From an uncultured bacterium (GTDB taxonomy: Bacteria; Oederibacteriota; PGYV01; CAWJRG01), in NCBI GenBank assembly GCA_963845185.1, contig CAWJRG010000009.1:32001-96000 (forward strand): a DNA stretch of 64,000 nucleotides, given 5' to 3'. The notes beneath the pieces are model-generated. The model saw only the letters and a list, made by a program, of their open reading frames with translations, did no database searches and was not told the DNA's origin. Shown here piece by piece: positions 11,138-21,174 of the stretch (position 1 is the first letter of the stretch; every line of letters starts with the position of its first letter). Position numbers and translations under genes: made by a program.

Positions 11138-12904
11138 TTACGGTTTACTAATTAAATAATTTTCCAACGTCATATATTTTAAGCCTGAATTTTCGAAAGT
11201 AAAAATTGCCTGTTCGAGTGACCACAAAAGCGGGTATCCGTGTATATTAAAAGAAGTATTCAGCAGACCACCCATGCCGGTAGCTTCTTCGTAATACTTG
11301 AGCAATCTATATAGATTCGGATTGTCGCTTTTTTCCACTAGTTGAGGCCTTAAGGTTTTATCTTTGGGATGAATGGCAGCTTTCAAATGTTCCTGAGCCA
11401 ATTCAGTCGAATCAAAGCAGGTTATCATATATTTACTGCTGTGCCCGACTTTCGGTTTCAGCATGGCCCATTCTTTAATATATCGTTCGGCCCATTCCAC
11501 AAGTATTGTTGGTGCAAAAGGCATTCGGGAATCCCTCATTTTTATCATTTTATTTATTATATAAATGGTTTTTAAATCGCTGGCGTTACCCATTATGCAC
11601 CTGTTACATAAGGAACGCGCACCCCATTCGCCTGTGCCATTAAACCTTGCAACCACTTCAAAGTTTTTAAGCAGCTTTACTGTTTCCAGTTCTATATCAT
11701 CAAAATACAATATTTTATATTTGAAATCGTATTTTTTTTGCTTCAAAAAGGTTTCAACTTCGCTGTTTATATATTTAAAGCCTTTGAACATAAGTTCATC
11801 GGATTTTAAATTTAAATTTTTATTAAAATAGGGGAGAGCGGCGCAACCTAAAACCATGCTTTCTTCACCGCAAGAAGGCATAAAGTAAACCCTGTCAATC
11901 TCCTGAAGCTCCTGTACCTTTTTGTTCAGTTTTACATTCATGAAAATACCTCCGGTACAGGCAATCGATTTAATACCGGTCTTTTTTATTGCTGCCTTTA
12001 TCCAATTAATGACTATGTCTTCTAGAAAATGCTGTAAACCTGCGGATATGTTTTCGGAGGTTTCTCCTGTAAAATTTTCCTTAAAAAATATTGAAGCTGA
12101 ATTCAAATTGAATTTTGAAGAAAATACCAAATTTTCCTTATCAAAAAAAATATTTTCTGCTAATTTATCGTAGATTTTTTTGTATTGTTCTTCTTCGCTG
12201 ACATAGGCGGCAAGTCCCATAACTTCATATTCGTGTTCGTTTTTCTTCATACCTACAAAAGCTGTTGCCTCAGTATATAAAAGTCCAAGTGAGGCTGGGG
12301 TAATGCTGTTTGCAATATTTATAATTTTTTTGGAGATACCATTATATATATAAATTTTTGCAAAATAGCCATCGCCTCCGCTATCCATTGAAAAAATTAA
12401 GATATTTTTATCGAAATTTTGTAAGTTGTAAAAATAAACCACGCTCAATACATTAGAAAGATGATGATCGTAATAAAGTACTTTTTTATTGGATACATTG
12501 TAATTTTTACTCAAATAATTATTAATTGCTTTTTTAGATTTGGGGGATATGATTTCACGCGTTATAAACTTTTTTACAATATAAAAAAATTGTTGCAAAA
12601 ATGCAAGCTTATATGCCAAAAAAATAAATACTTTGTTAAATGTATTATTTTCAATCGTATTCATGGCCGGCTTTTTGGCGGTGGTGGGTGTATATTCGAA
12701 TAAAACTTCGATGAAAGGGAAGGTGAAATAATCCACTTTTTTAAAGTCATATAGTTTCATAAGGTAATCAAGACTTTTATGTGGAAATCCCATTTGGTTT
12801 TTTATATAGCTAAATTTTTCTTCATGTATGACTTTTTTACATATCCCGTCTTCAAAATATGAAACTGTAGCATTATGCCCGGGATAAATAGCGATCACAT
12901 TCAT
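11138..12904 (-). CDS. NodU/CmcH-family O-carbamoyltransferase (some motif residues divergent)
   Basis: GH..EEKF, VMGLAAY, GGIFMNVKLN, MPFAP, LNTSFNIHGYP. Confidence 0.88.
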   Translation of the reverse strand: MNVIAIYPGHNATVSYFEDGICKKVIHEEKFSYIKNQMGFPHKSLDYLMKLYDFKKVDYFTFPFIEVLFEYTPTTAKKPAMNTIENNTFNKVFIFLAYKLAFLQQFFYIVKKFITREIISPKSKKAINNYLSKNYNVSNKKVLYYDHHLSNVLSVVYFYNLQNFDKNILIFSMDSGGDGYFAKIYIYNGISKKIINIANSITPASLGLLYTEATAFVGMKKNEHEYEVMGLAAYVSEEEQYKKIYDKLAENIFFDKENLVFSSKFNLNSASIFFKENFTGETSENISAGLQHFLEDIVINWIKAAIKKTGIKSIACTGGIFMNVKLNKKVQELQEIDRVYFMPSCGEESMVLGCAALPYFNKNLNLKSDELMFKGFKYINSEVETFLKQKKYDFKYKILYFDDIELETVKLLKNFEVVARFNGTGEWGARSLCNRCIMGNASDLKTIYIINKMIKMRDSRMPFAPTILVEWAERYIKEWAMLKPKVGHSSKYMITCFDSTELAQEHLKAAIHPKDKTLRPQLVEKSDNPNLYRLLKYYEEATGMGGLLNTSFNIHGYPLLWSLEQAIFTFENSGLKYMTLENYLISKP

Positions 12905-13299
12905 AATATTACTATAAACCTCCTTGTGATTTCATAATAATTTATACGAAATAAATTGAAAATACAAAATAATACATATTTAGGATTAAAAATATACCAC
13001 GTTCGTGTGTGGAAAACTATGGAAAATTATAGTATATAAAGAACAAAAATCTATTAATATCACGCACGTGAATGAACGATGAGAGTTTATTTTTAATCAA
13101 TAATAGCATTCCTATACTGAAATAACTTTATTCTTTACAATCTTATTATTTCATTATATCATTTTAAAAGTTGTTATTGCATTGTTAAAGACAGAAATAG
13201 TTGAATAATCCGAGGGATTATTCAACTGATACGGCATTTTTGTTTGAAAATTTTCCGAGTCCGAATTGTAAAATTGGGCTCCGTAGGTGGTTTAATAGC

Positions 13300-14433
13300 A
13301 TGATTCCATTTAATAGACCAGCTTATACAGGGAAAGAATCGGATTATATAATTGAGGCAGTTAAAACCGGGAAAATAAGTGGAAATGGTGTTTTTGCAAA
13401 AAAATGTTGCGCTTTTCTTCAGGAAAAATTGAGGGCAAAAAAGGCAATGCTTACAACTTCCTGTACCCATGCCCTGGAAATGTCATCCTTGCTTGCTAAA
13501 ATTAAAAAGGGTGATGAGGTAATCATGCCTTCTTATACCTTTACGTCTACAGCTACTGCTTTTGTGTTACGCGGAGCGAAAATTATCTTTGTTGACATAA
13601 AAAAGAATACAATGAATATTGATGAGAAGCTAATTGAAGCGGCAATAACGAAAAAAACTAAAGTTATAGTTCCCGTTCATTACGCCGGAGTTTCTTGCGA
13701 AATGAATGAAATAATGGCACTCGCAAAAAAGAAAAATCTCGTGGTGGTAGAGGATGCGGCGCAGGGAATGATGTCTAAATACAGGGGAAAATTTCTTGGA
13801 ACAATTGGCGATATTGGATGTTTTAGTTTTCACGAAACGAAAAATTATACATGCGGCGAAGGCGGGGCAATTTTCATAAACGATAAGAGTTATGTTGAAA
13901 GAGCAGAAATTATCATGGAAAAAGGTACGAATAGGAACAAGTTTTTCCGCGGGGAAGTTGATAAGTATACATGGGTAGATGTCGGTTCATCTTATTTATT
14001 ATCGGAAATAAATGCCGCATACCTATGGGCACAACTTGAAAAAGCTGTCGTTATTAATATTAGCCGTTTAAAAATATGGAATTTCTACTCTGAATCATTA
14101 AAACCTCTTAAAGAAAGAGGATTAATTGAACTCCCTTATATTCCAGATCATTGCCAACATAACGGACATATGTTTTATTTGAAAACTAAGAATCTTGAAG
14201 AAAGAAGCAATTTAATTAATTATTTGAAAGATAAAGGAATTATGGCAATTTTTCATTATGTTCCACTGCATTCTTCACCTGCCGGAAAAAAATTTGGACG
14301 TTTTGCGGGAATAGATGTTAATACTACAAAAGAGAGTGAAAGGCTTTTGCGGCTGCCGCTATACTTTGGATTAAAAGAAAAGGAAGCTGATTACATAATT
14401 TCTAATATTAAAGATTTTTTTAAGAATGCATGA
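13300..14433 (+). CDS. wecE: dTDP-4-amino-4,6-dideoxygalactose transaminase (WecE/RffA)
   Basis: MIPFNRP start after AGGTGG; TTSCTHALEM, EDAAQG, SFHETKN, EKGTNR..FFRG.VDKYTW, FHYVPLHSSPAG. Confidence 0.93.
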   Translation: MIPFNRPAYTGKESDYIIEAVKTGKISGNGVFAKKCCAFLQEKLRAKKAMLTTSCTHALEMSSLLAKIKKGDEVIMPSYTFTSTATAFVLRGAKIIFVDIKKNTMNIDEKLIEAAITKKTKVIVPVHYAGVSCEMNEIMALAKKKNLVVVEDAAQGMMSKYRGKFLGTIGDIGCFSFHETKNYTCGEGGAIFINDKSYVERAEIIMEKGTNRNKFFRGEVDKYTWVDVGSSYLLSEINAAYLWAQLEKAVVINISRLKIWNFYSESLKPLKERGLIELPYIPDHCQHNGHMFYLKTKNLEERSNLINYLKDKGIMAIFHYVPLHSSPAGKKFGRFAGIDVNTTKESERLLRLPLYFGLKEKEADYIISNIKDFFKNA

Positions 14434-14469
14434 CAGCTATGATATTTATAATATATTAGGAGTTTAACA

Positions 14470-15201
14470 GTGGAACAATATATAAGCAAAATAGATACTG
14501 AACGGTTTGGATTTAAAATAGCAAAAATAGACTACTTTAAAGAGCCGGTTGCCAATGTTCTTGTTGATTTTAGGGAAAATGATGTTAAAATGGTAATTGG
14601 ACGTGTAAAAAGCTCGGACATTGTAAAATTAAATGAATTGGAAAATAATGGATTTCGAATAATGGATGTGCAAGTGACTTATAGGTGTGATATAAAAGAT
14701 TTTAAACAAAATCAATCAGGCAAAACTGAATCTGTTAATTTACGCAAATATACAGAAAATGACGTTGAACAAATTGTTAGAATTGCAGAAGAAGCGTTTG
14801 ATAATTATGGGCATTATGCTGCCGATGCCAAGCTTGATAGAAAAAAGTGCTGCGAAATCTATAAGGATTGGGCATTAAGAAGTTGCCTTGATAAAAATGT
14901 GGCAGATACGATATTTGTTGCCGAACTAAATGGTAGTGTGATGGGTTTTGCTACGTTTAAAGTCAATAAAGAAAAAGGCATGAAGTATGCATCGTGTGGA
15001 CTCGGGGCAGTTAATTCAAAGTACCGGGGTCGTGGGATATATCAGGCAATAATAAATCGGGCTTTAGAGTGGGGGGCGGAAGAGAATCTTGTATGGGAAG
15101 AATACAGTTGCCTAATTTATAATTTTTCTGTAAATAGATCGTATATTAATGCCGGTTTTAAACCTGTAGATTCATTTATTACATTACACTGTTGGCTTTG
15201 A
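14470..15201 (+). CDS. GNAT acetyltransferase, WecD-like
   Basis: LGAVNSKYRGRGIY acetyl-CoA motif; directly downstream of wecE. Confidence 0.75.
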   Translation: MEQYISKIDTERFGFKIAKIDYFKEPVANVLVDFRENDVKMVIGRVKSSDIVKLNELENNGFRIMDVQVTYRCDIKDFKQNQSGKTESVNLRKYTENDVEQIVRIAEEAFDNYGHYAADAKLDRKKCCEIYKDWALRSCLDKNVADTIFVAELNGSVMGFATFKVNKEKGMKYASCGLGAVNSKYRGRGIYQAIINRALEWGAEENLVWEEYSCLIYNFSVNRSYINAGFKPVDSFITLHCWL

Positions 15202-15261
15202 TTTAGAAATCTCGGAGTTTTGGAAAAAAAGCTGAGATTATTAATATAAACAGGAGTAATA

Positions 15262-16215
15262 ATGACAAAACTTTCTTTCGTTATACCATGTTACGGCTCA
15301 GAGAAAACGATAGGTCATGTAGTTGAGGAGATAAAAAGGACCGTTGAAATAAAAAATGATTATATTTATGAGATTATATTAGTAAATGACCATTCTCCTG
15401 ACGGCGTTTTTACCGTAATAAGAGAATTATGCAAGGAAGATCCCAAGGTAAAAGCAGTCAGCCTGACACGAAATTTTGGGCAGCAAGCTGCTTTAATGGC
15501 CGGGCAGAATCAAGTCACGGGGGATATAGTTATATGCCTTGATGATGACGGACAATCGCCTGTTAATGAATTGCATAGATTGTTAGATAAACTTAATGAA
15601 GGATATGATGTTGTATACGCCGGTTATGGCACGAAAAAACAATCAATGTTAAAAAATTTCGGGAGTTGGCTTAATTTAAGAATGGTTGAAATACTTTTAA
15701 ATAGACCCAGAAAAATTAAATTATCAAGTTATTTTGTAATGCGCCGTTTGATTTCAGATGAAATGATAAAGTATAAAAATCCTTATCCTTACAATATTGG
15801 ACTTATTCTTTCAATAACCCGCAAAATAGCAAGCATAGACTGTGAAGACAGGGAAAGATTAAACGGTAAAAGCGGTTATACTTTTGCGAAACTTGTAGGA
15901 ATATGGCTTGATGGTTTTACGAATTTTTCTGTTCAACCGCTAAGAGTAGCCACGGTTCTCGGCGGTATTTGCGGAGCTTTTGGCTTTGGATTTGGGATAT
16001 ATACGGTAATACATAAAATTATGAATCCTGATATACCGGCAGGGTACAGCGCTATTATCTCAATGATTTCATTTATAGGGGGCATGATTTTACTCATGCT
16101 TGGAATGATAGGCGAATATATAGGGAGAATTTTTATAAGCATAAATAAGATTCCACAGTATGTAATAAATGAAAAAATAAATATTGAACAAGAAAATAAT
16201 TCTGACAAATCGTAA
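15262..16215 (+). CDS. GtrB/ArnC-like polyprenol-phosphate glycosyltransferase (GT2)
   Basis: SFVIPCY, VNDHSPD, RNFGQQAA, DDDGQSP, two C-terminal TMs, GEYIGRI. Confidence 0.9.
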   Translation: MTKLSFVIPCYGSEKTIGHVVEEIKRTVEIKNDYIYEIILVNDHSPDGVFTVIRELCKEDPKVKAVSLTRNFGQQAALMAGQNQVTGDIVICLDDDGQSPVNELHRLLDKLNEGYDVVYAGYGTKKQSMLKNFGSWLNLRMVEILLNRPRKIKLSSYFVMRRLISDEMIKYKNPYPYNIGLILSITRKIASIDCEDRERLNGKSGYTFAKLVGIWLDGFTNFSVQPLRVATVLGGICGAFGFGFGIYTVIHKIMNPDIPAGYSAIISMISFIGGMILLMLGMIGEYIGRIFISINKIPQYVINEKINIEQENNSDKS

Positions 16216-16413
16216 AACTAACAGAGTATTACCATATAATATAATTAAGCGAATTTTATTATGGGTAAAGCAAAATTTAAGCAATTATATTCTTTTTAAC
16301 CTGTATTTTGAATAAATTCTTGCTGAGAAAATGGAATGAGAAATTTATGATATATTTTTATTTAACAAAAATAAAAAATAAGTTAGCAAAAAAGAAAGAT
16401 TTAAACTAAAATA

Positions 16414-16422
16414 TGCTATAAT
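16414..16422 (+). promoter_or_regulatory. Extended -10 element (TGCTATAAT)
   Basis: TGnTATAAT about 40 bp upstream of the GGAGG-ATG at 16454-16466. Confidence 0.5.
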
Positions 16423-16463
16423 ATTTAGCATGCATGAAGCAAAAAATCAATACGGAGGTTGCA

Positions 16464-19115
16464 ATGTTTAAAAAAAATTGGTTGATATTTGCAATTGCAA
16501 TAATAATATTGGCTGTAGCAGCGCAGGTTTTAATTCTTAAAAATTTACTTACACAAGCAGTAACACTTTGGTTTTTTGCAGTGATGATATTTTCTATAGT
16601 GATACTAAAAAATCAAAAAATCATTTTTTTAAAGGAAGGAATAACTGAAATTTTGGCAGTTATTTCTGTAGTTATTGCAATTTTAGCGACTATAATAGTT
16701 AAATATATGGCAACTGTAGCTTTATTATTATATTTTACAGCTGCGGTATTTTTGTTTTTTTCAAAATCAAAAAACAGCGGATTTTGGGAACAGGGTCAGC
16801 TAAAAAATGAAAGAAATGGAATTGAAAAATGGGAACCGTGGTTTGTAGCACTTCTTTTGATTTATACAGTATTGCTTAGGTTTTTATTTCTTAATGATAT
16901 TCCGGTAGGTATTGCGGGGCAGGAAGTTACGCAAATGAGCGAAGTAGGTATTATGGCGGGTAATATGCATAATTATTATTGGCATGGAGGAGGGGGCGCC
17001 GAATGGCCCAGCATGACAATGTATCAAGCGCTTGGTTTTGCCAATATATTTGGCTGGAATATAGGTAATTTTAGGTTGGCAAGCGCTACATGGGGATTGT
17101 TTTATGTAATGGTTCTATATTTTTTAATACGTTCATTATTTTCACCTGCTGCGGCCGCTTTTGTTTCATTATTATTTTCGTCACATCCATTTGAAATAAC
17201 AATATCAAGAGAATTTACGCCTATTGCAATAATGTATGCTTCAATGCTATTGGCGACATGGCTGTTTATTACAGCTATTAGGAAGAAAAAGTGGTATTTA
17301 TTTGGTTTGTCTGGACTTATACTCGGATTTACCCTTCATGGCTATATGCCGGGAAGAATATTACCGGCTGTCTTTGCTCTTTGGGGCATTTACTTATGGA
17401 TATTTAAAAGGGAACTAGGGATTAAAATAAAACATTTTGCCATAATGCTGGCCGGTTTCCTAATAAGCGCAGGGCCTATTTTTTATTTTGCGTATAAAAA
17501 CCCAGGACTTTATTGGAGTTATTTTAATTCTGTTAACCCGAATTCACATGGAAAACTCCTTGATTACATCAAATATTATCTTGCAAATATCCCAACCTAT
17601 GCCGGAGCATTTCATGTCAGAGGCGATGTTTCTCCTTCTTATACTGTTCCATGTAAAAATTTGCTTGAGCCTGTTGCCGCAACTTTGTTTCCTTTAGGAC
17701 TATTTCTTGCTCTTTTTATGCTGTTTACACCAATAGGTATTTATCTTATTATTTTTTTCGTTTTATCATTAGCTCCTGCTATGCTAGGTACGGGCGGCAG
17801 TGGTCATCCCGGGTTAACCCGCATGTCAGGCGTATTCTCGCCTATTTATATAATGATTGCTTTTGCTTTTGAAAGAATAAAAATTATTTTTATCGGGATT
17901 AATGCAAAATATAAAAAAATTATTTTTATTCTTTTGGCCGTAATAGCCGTTTTTATAGGTTCTTTTAACGGAGTGCATGAATACTTTTTTCAAACGACCA
18001 ACAACAGGGAGTTCAGAGAGGCACAAAGATACGGGTATTATCTTGCTAATAAAGAGTTGCGTGAATCAAAGAATGAAAATGCGATTATTTCAACACAATT
18101 CGTATATTTTTTCATGCCGAAAAAAACATATGAAAAAGCGCTGCTTCCTGAAGATTTTCTGCTGCTTGACCCGGCGACAGATAATTTATTATTAATAGAG
18201 CCTTATCTTGAAGGGATTGGTCCTTATTTAAAGGATTTTTTCCCGGATGCAAAGATTAAAGTTTACAGCGAACCTAAGGAGAATATTGGCAAATATTGTT
18301 ACAGTTCAGTTGGAGAGCCGTACAACCCGTACACATATCTTACTAAAGTAAATATTCCAGCGACAGATATAAAGGATTTTGAATCACTTTTAAATGTTAA
18401 AACAGGTGAACGAGTTTCTGTTTTTGACACCAATTTTGGAAAGACTAATACTGGAAAATTAGTGAAACTTAAAGGCGCCTTTATCCTAAGAAAAGATGAA
18501 TCAAAGGCCGAGATAAAAATCAGCTGGCCTGGGTGGAAGATTATATCGGACAACGTAATATCAAACGGGAAAGCAGTATTTAAAACTTTTGGAGTCAATT
18601 ATTTTACAATCGAAGGAACAGTGCCGAATACTTCGGGAGCAATTCCAATTGAATTAAATTTCGAGGATGGAGGCAAAAATGCAAAAAACAGATTTTTTGC
18701 ATTAGATGAAGATTACGGATTAAAAATGAAGTTTTATGAAGATGCAAAAGCCCCTTTTAATAAACCTATAAATTACATGAAAAATATCATATTTCCTTAT
18801 TACAGATTTTTTGACACATATTGCGAGGGTTTGCACGTTCCTTTTATGGTTGTACTTGAAGGATATATAAAAGTTAAAAATGACGGAGAAGTTACACTGA
18901 AAGTGCAGCAACCGTGTTATGCCAAGGTTGTTTTAGACGGAAAGATTATGCAAAATTCGATAATAGGGGAGCAGGTTGTTAACCCTGCTCCAATTATGAT
19001 GAAAAAAGGCGAGATTCGTAAAATAAATATATTTTATACAGCTTATGGAAGTGAAATAGATAGAACATTTATTATGAAATTGCCGGATTCAATCGCATTG
19101 GTTATAGATAGATAA
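16464..19115 (+). CDS. GT-C (ArnT/PMT_2-like) membrane glycosyltransferase with PA14-like C-terminus
   Basis: Many TMs, LLRFLFLNDIPVG loop, RLASA, GYMPGR; C-terminal LEGYIKV...AKVVLDGK; ATG 16464 follows GGAGG. Confidence 0.72.
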   Translation: MFKKNWLIFAIAIIILAVAAQVLILKNLLTQAVTLWFFAVMIFSIVILKNQKIIFLKEGITEILAVISVVIAILATIIVKYMATVALLLYFTAAVFLFFSKSKNSGFWEQGQLKNERNGIEKWEPWFVALLLIYTVLLRFLFLNDIPVGIAGQEVTQMSEVGIMAGNMHNYYWHGGGGAEWPSMTMYQALGFANIFGWNIGNFRLASATWGLFYVMVLYFLIRSLFSPAAAAFVSLLFSSHPFEITISREFTPIAIMYASMLLATWLFITAIRKKKWYLFGLSGLILGFTLHGYMPGRILPAVFALWGIYLWIFKRELGIKIKHFAIMLAGFLISAGPIFYFAYKNPGLYWSYFNSVNPNSHGKLLDYIKYYLANIPTYAGAFHVRGDVSPSYTVPCKNLLEPVAATLFPLGLFLALFMLFTPIGIYLIIFFVLSLAPAMLGTGGSGHPGLTRMSGVFSPIYIMIAFAFERIKIIFIGINAKYKKIIFILLAVIAVFIGSFNGVHEYFFQTTNNREFREAQRYGYYLANKELRESKNENAIISTQFVYFFMPKKTYEKALLPEDFLLLDPATDNLLLIEPYLEGIGPYLKDFFPDAKIKVYSEPKENIGKYCYSSVGEPYNPYTYLTKVNIPATDIKDFESLLNVKTGERVSVFDTNFGKTNTGKLVKLKGAFILRKDESKAEIKISWPGWKIISDNVISNGKAVFKTFGVNYFTIEGTVPNTSGAIPIELNFEDGGKNAKNRFFALDEDYGLKMKFYEDAKAPFNKPINYMKNIIFPYYRFFDTYCEGLHVPFMVVLEGYIKVKNDGEVTLKVQQPCYAKVVLDGKIMQNSIIGEQVVNPAPIMMKKGEIRKINIFYTAYGSEIDRTFIMKLPDSIALVIDR

Positions 19116-19180
19116 AATATTTATGATTTATTATAAAAATTAGAACAGGATATGAGCTAAAACTATAATATATAGAATTA

Positions 19181-19918
19181 TTATTTAATACCTGTTGCGA
19201 TTAAAAAGTGGCCGTGCCTTTTATCAATTAAGCACATGAGGTTGGAAAACCATCCCCAAAACGGAAGATAACCCCTTGTAAAAACTCTTACCTCTTTAAA
19301 TCCGACTTTTTGCAACATTTCTTTAAGGCATATAAAAGCAACGACTCTGACATGGCCAACTGTCCCGCTTACTTCAGAATATTTATTTATGAAGTTCTCG
19401 TCTTTTTTATCTTCCCTGTGCACGCCCAAAGGGTTTCCTATGCTCCAACCGTTGATATTAGTTATAGAAAAAGGCTGCCATCCGAAAACAAGCGACCATA
19501 TATTCACCCAGGAGGAAAGATTTTCGGTCATAACTATAAGCTGTCCAGAAGGCTTTAAACACCTGTAAGCTTCCTCCAAATAGAGGCGTGTATTGTGCAT
19601 ATGTTCTATGTTTTGGCTGGATAAAACAATATCAAAAAAATTATCCTGAAACCCCCATTTATTATTAAGGTCCCCTTTAATGCATTTAATACCTTTATTT
19701 TCCGACAAGATTCTGAATTCATCGACGTACTCAATGCCGAAAATTTCTTTTGGATTAATGATTGAGGCAAATTCAAGCGTTAAACTTCCATCGCCGCATC
19801 CAACATCAAGGAATTTTTCCGCATTTTTTTGTTTAATTAATTTTTTCCCCAGTTTATTACATTGGTTAAGGCCGTCTATAAACGATCTGGCAGCAGATTT
19901 TTTAATTAAATCAAGCAT
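19181..19918 (-). CDS. Class I SAM-dependent methyltransferase
   Basis: FLDVGCGDG, FDIVLSSQNIEH, RCLKPSG. Confidence 0.9.
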   Translation of the reverse strand: MLDLIKKSAARSFIDGLNQCNKLGKKLIKQKNAEKFLDVGCGDGSLTLEFASIINPKEIFGIEYVDEFRILSENKGIKCIKGDLNNKWGFQDNFFDIVLSSQNIEHMHNTRLYLEEAYRCLKPSGQLIVMTENLSSWVNIWSLVFGWQPFSITNINGWSIGNPLGVHREDKKDENFINKYSEVSGTVGHVRVVAFICLKEMLQKVGFKEVRVFTRGYLPFWGWFSNLMCLIDKRHGHFLIATGIK

Positions 19919-20101
19919 AGATTACGCCTCATCGTGGATTTATTTTAAAATAAATAAAATTTTAGCATTAAACGAGTGATTATTCAATGAAAATATAAAG
20001 ATCCTCAAATAGTACAATGATTGAAAAAATATATAATTTAAGTTTATTAATAATATAGCTACTTTTGAAAAAACTGTTATTTTAAAGAAAAATAAAAACT
20101 G

Positions 20102-20130
20102 TTGCATGAAAATTAAATAATTGATATAAT
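20102..20130 (+). promoter_or_regulatory. sigma70-type promoter of NHL/GT-C module 1
   Basis: TTGCAT-N17-TATAAT with extended TG. Confidence 0.6.
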
Positions 20131-20169
20131 CTTTAAAATTACCAAATCTAATCAATGGAGGTTTTAAGC

Positions 20170-21138
20170 ATGGCAGCGAGAATAACAAGAAAAAAGAAGA
20201 TTGCGGAAAATACAGTGAAAGTTCAAAATCAACCGGCAAATAAAAGCAGTAATACGCCGGTAATTGTTGCAGTAATCGCGGTAGTTATGATTGTTTTAAT
20301 TGCTTTGGAACTTAATTTTGCACTTTCCAAAGAAGCCAAGATGAGCAAAAAGCCTGAACTGATAGCTTACTGGCACGGTGCATATAAAGGCATGTGGGGA
20401 ATAAATTTATGCGGCAATTACATTTATGCAATGGATCATGACCAAAACCAGGTACACAAATACAATAAAATGACCGGTGAACTTGTTGCGGTTTATACTG
20501 TCGCGAAACATGATCCTATGTGGGCGGCAGAAGATATGGAGGGAATCACGTATGTGGTTGCAAAGGATTCCAACACACTTTTAAAATTTGACGGTAAAAA
20601 ACCTGCAGGTACATTAGTCCTTGACGAAGTTAAGTCCCCTTGCAATATTGTGATAAACACAAAGGACATTTTATTTTTAACCGATACTTCCAACAGTAAA
20701 ATTTACAAATATGATTTAACAGGCAAAAAATTGGCTGAGTTTGGAGGTGCCGGGCAGGGTAAAGACCAATTTAAACAGGGAATTGGGCGAATTTTTATTG
20801 ACGCAAAAGATAACCTTTACGTTGAAACCTCCCCGATTGGTTTTGTAAAAGTTTTTAACCCGGACGGCAAATTCGTGAAAGAATGGAAGCTAGATATAAA
20901 GGCGCCTATAGGGTTCGAGAACCTGGCAATAGCACCGGACGGCAATATATATGTGAATGATTTCAACGGTTCGTTTGTACAGGTTTATAATCCAAACGGA
21001 AAATTAATAGGCAAATTTGACAGGGATTTGACCGGAAACTTCATAATAGTAGCTCCTGCGTCAATTACGGGGGGAAATGACGGGCAGATTTATGTGTGCA
21101 CCCACGATATCGGCGTATTTAAACCCATAAAATACTGA
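20170..21138 (+). CDS. Membrane-anchored NHL-repeat beta-propeller protein (copy 1)
   Basis: Basic N-tail, one TM, repeats such as LAIAPDGNIYVNDFNGSFVQVYNPNGKLIGKF; ATG after GGAGG. Confidence 0.8.
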   Translation: MAARITRKKKIAENTVKVQNQPANKSSNTPVIVAVIAVVMIVLIALELNFALSKEAKMSKKPELIAYWHGAYKGMWGINLCGNYIYAMDHDQNQVHKYNKMTGELVAVYTVAKHDPMWAAEDMEGITYVVAKDSNTLLKFDGKKPAGTLVLDEVKSPCNIVINTKDILFLTDTSNSKIYKYDLTGKKLAEFGGAGQGKDQFKQGIGRIFIDAKDNLYVETSPIGFVKVFNPDGKFVKEWKLDIKAPIGFENLAIAPDGNIYVNDFNGSFVQVYNPNGKLIGKFDRDLTGNFIIVAPASITGGNDGQIYVCTHDIGVFKPIKY

Positions 21139-21174
21139 GTAATTAAGGATAAAAAGAGGAGAAGTTAAGCCCTT

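Noticed and set aside
13201..13299. N-terminal extension of wecE in the ORF track
   Set aside because: Homology starts at MIPFN (13300), which has its own RBS
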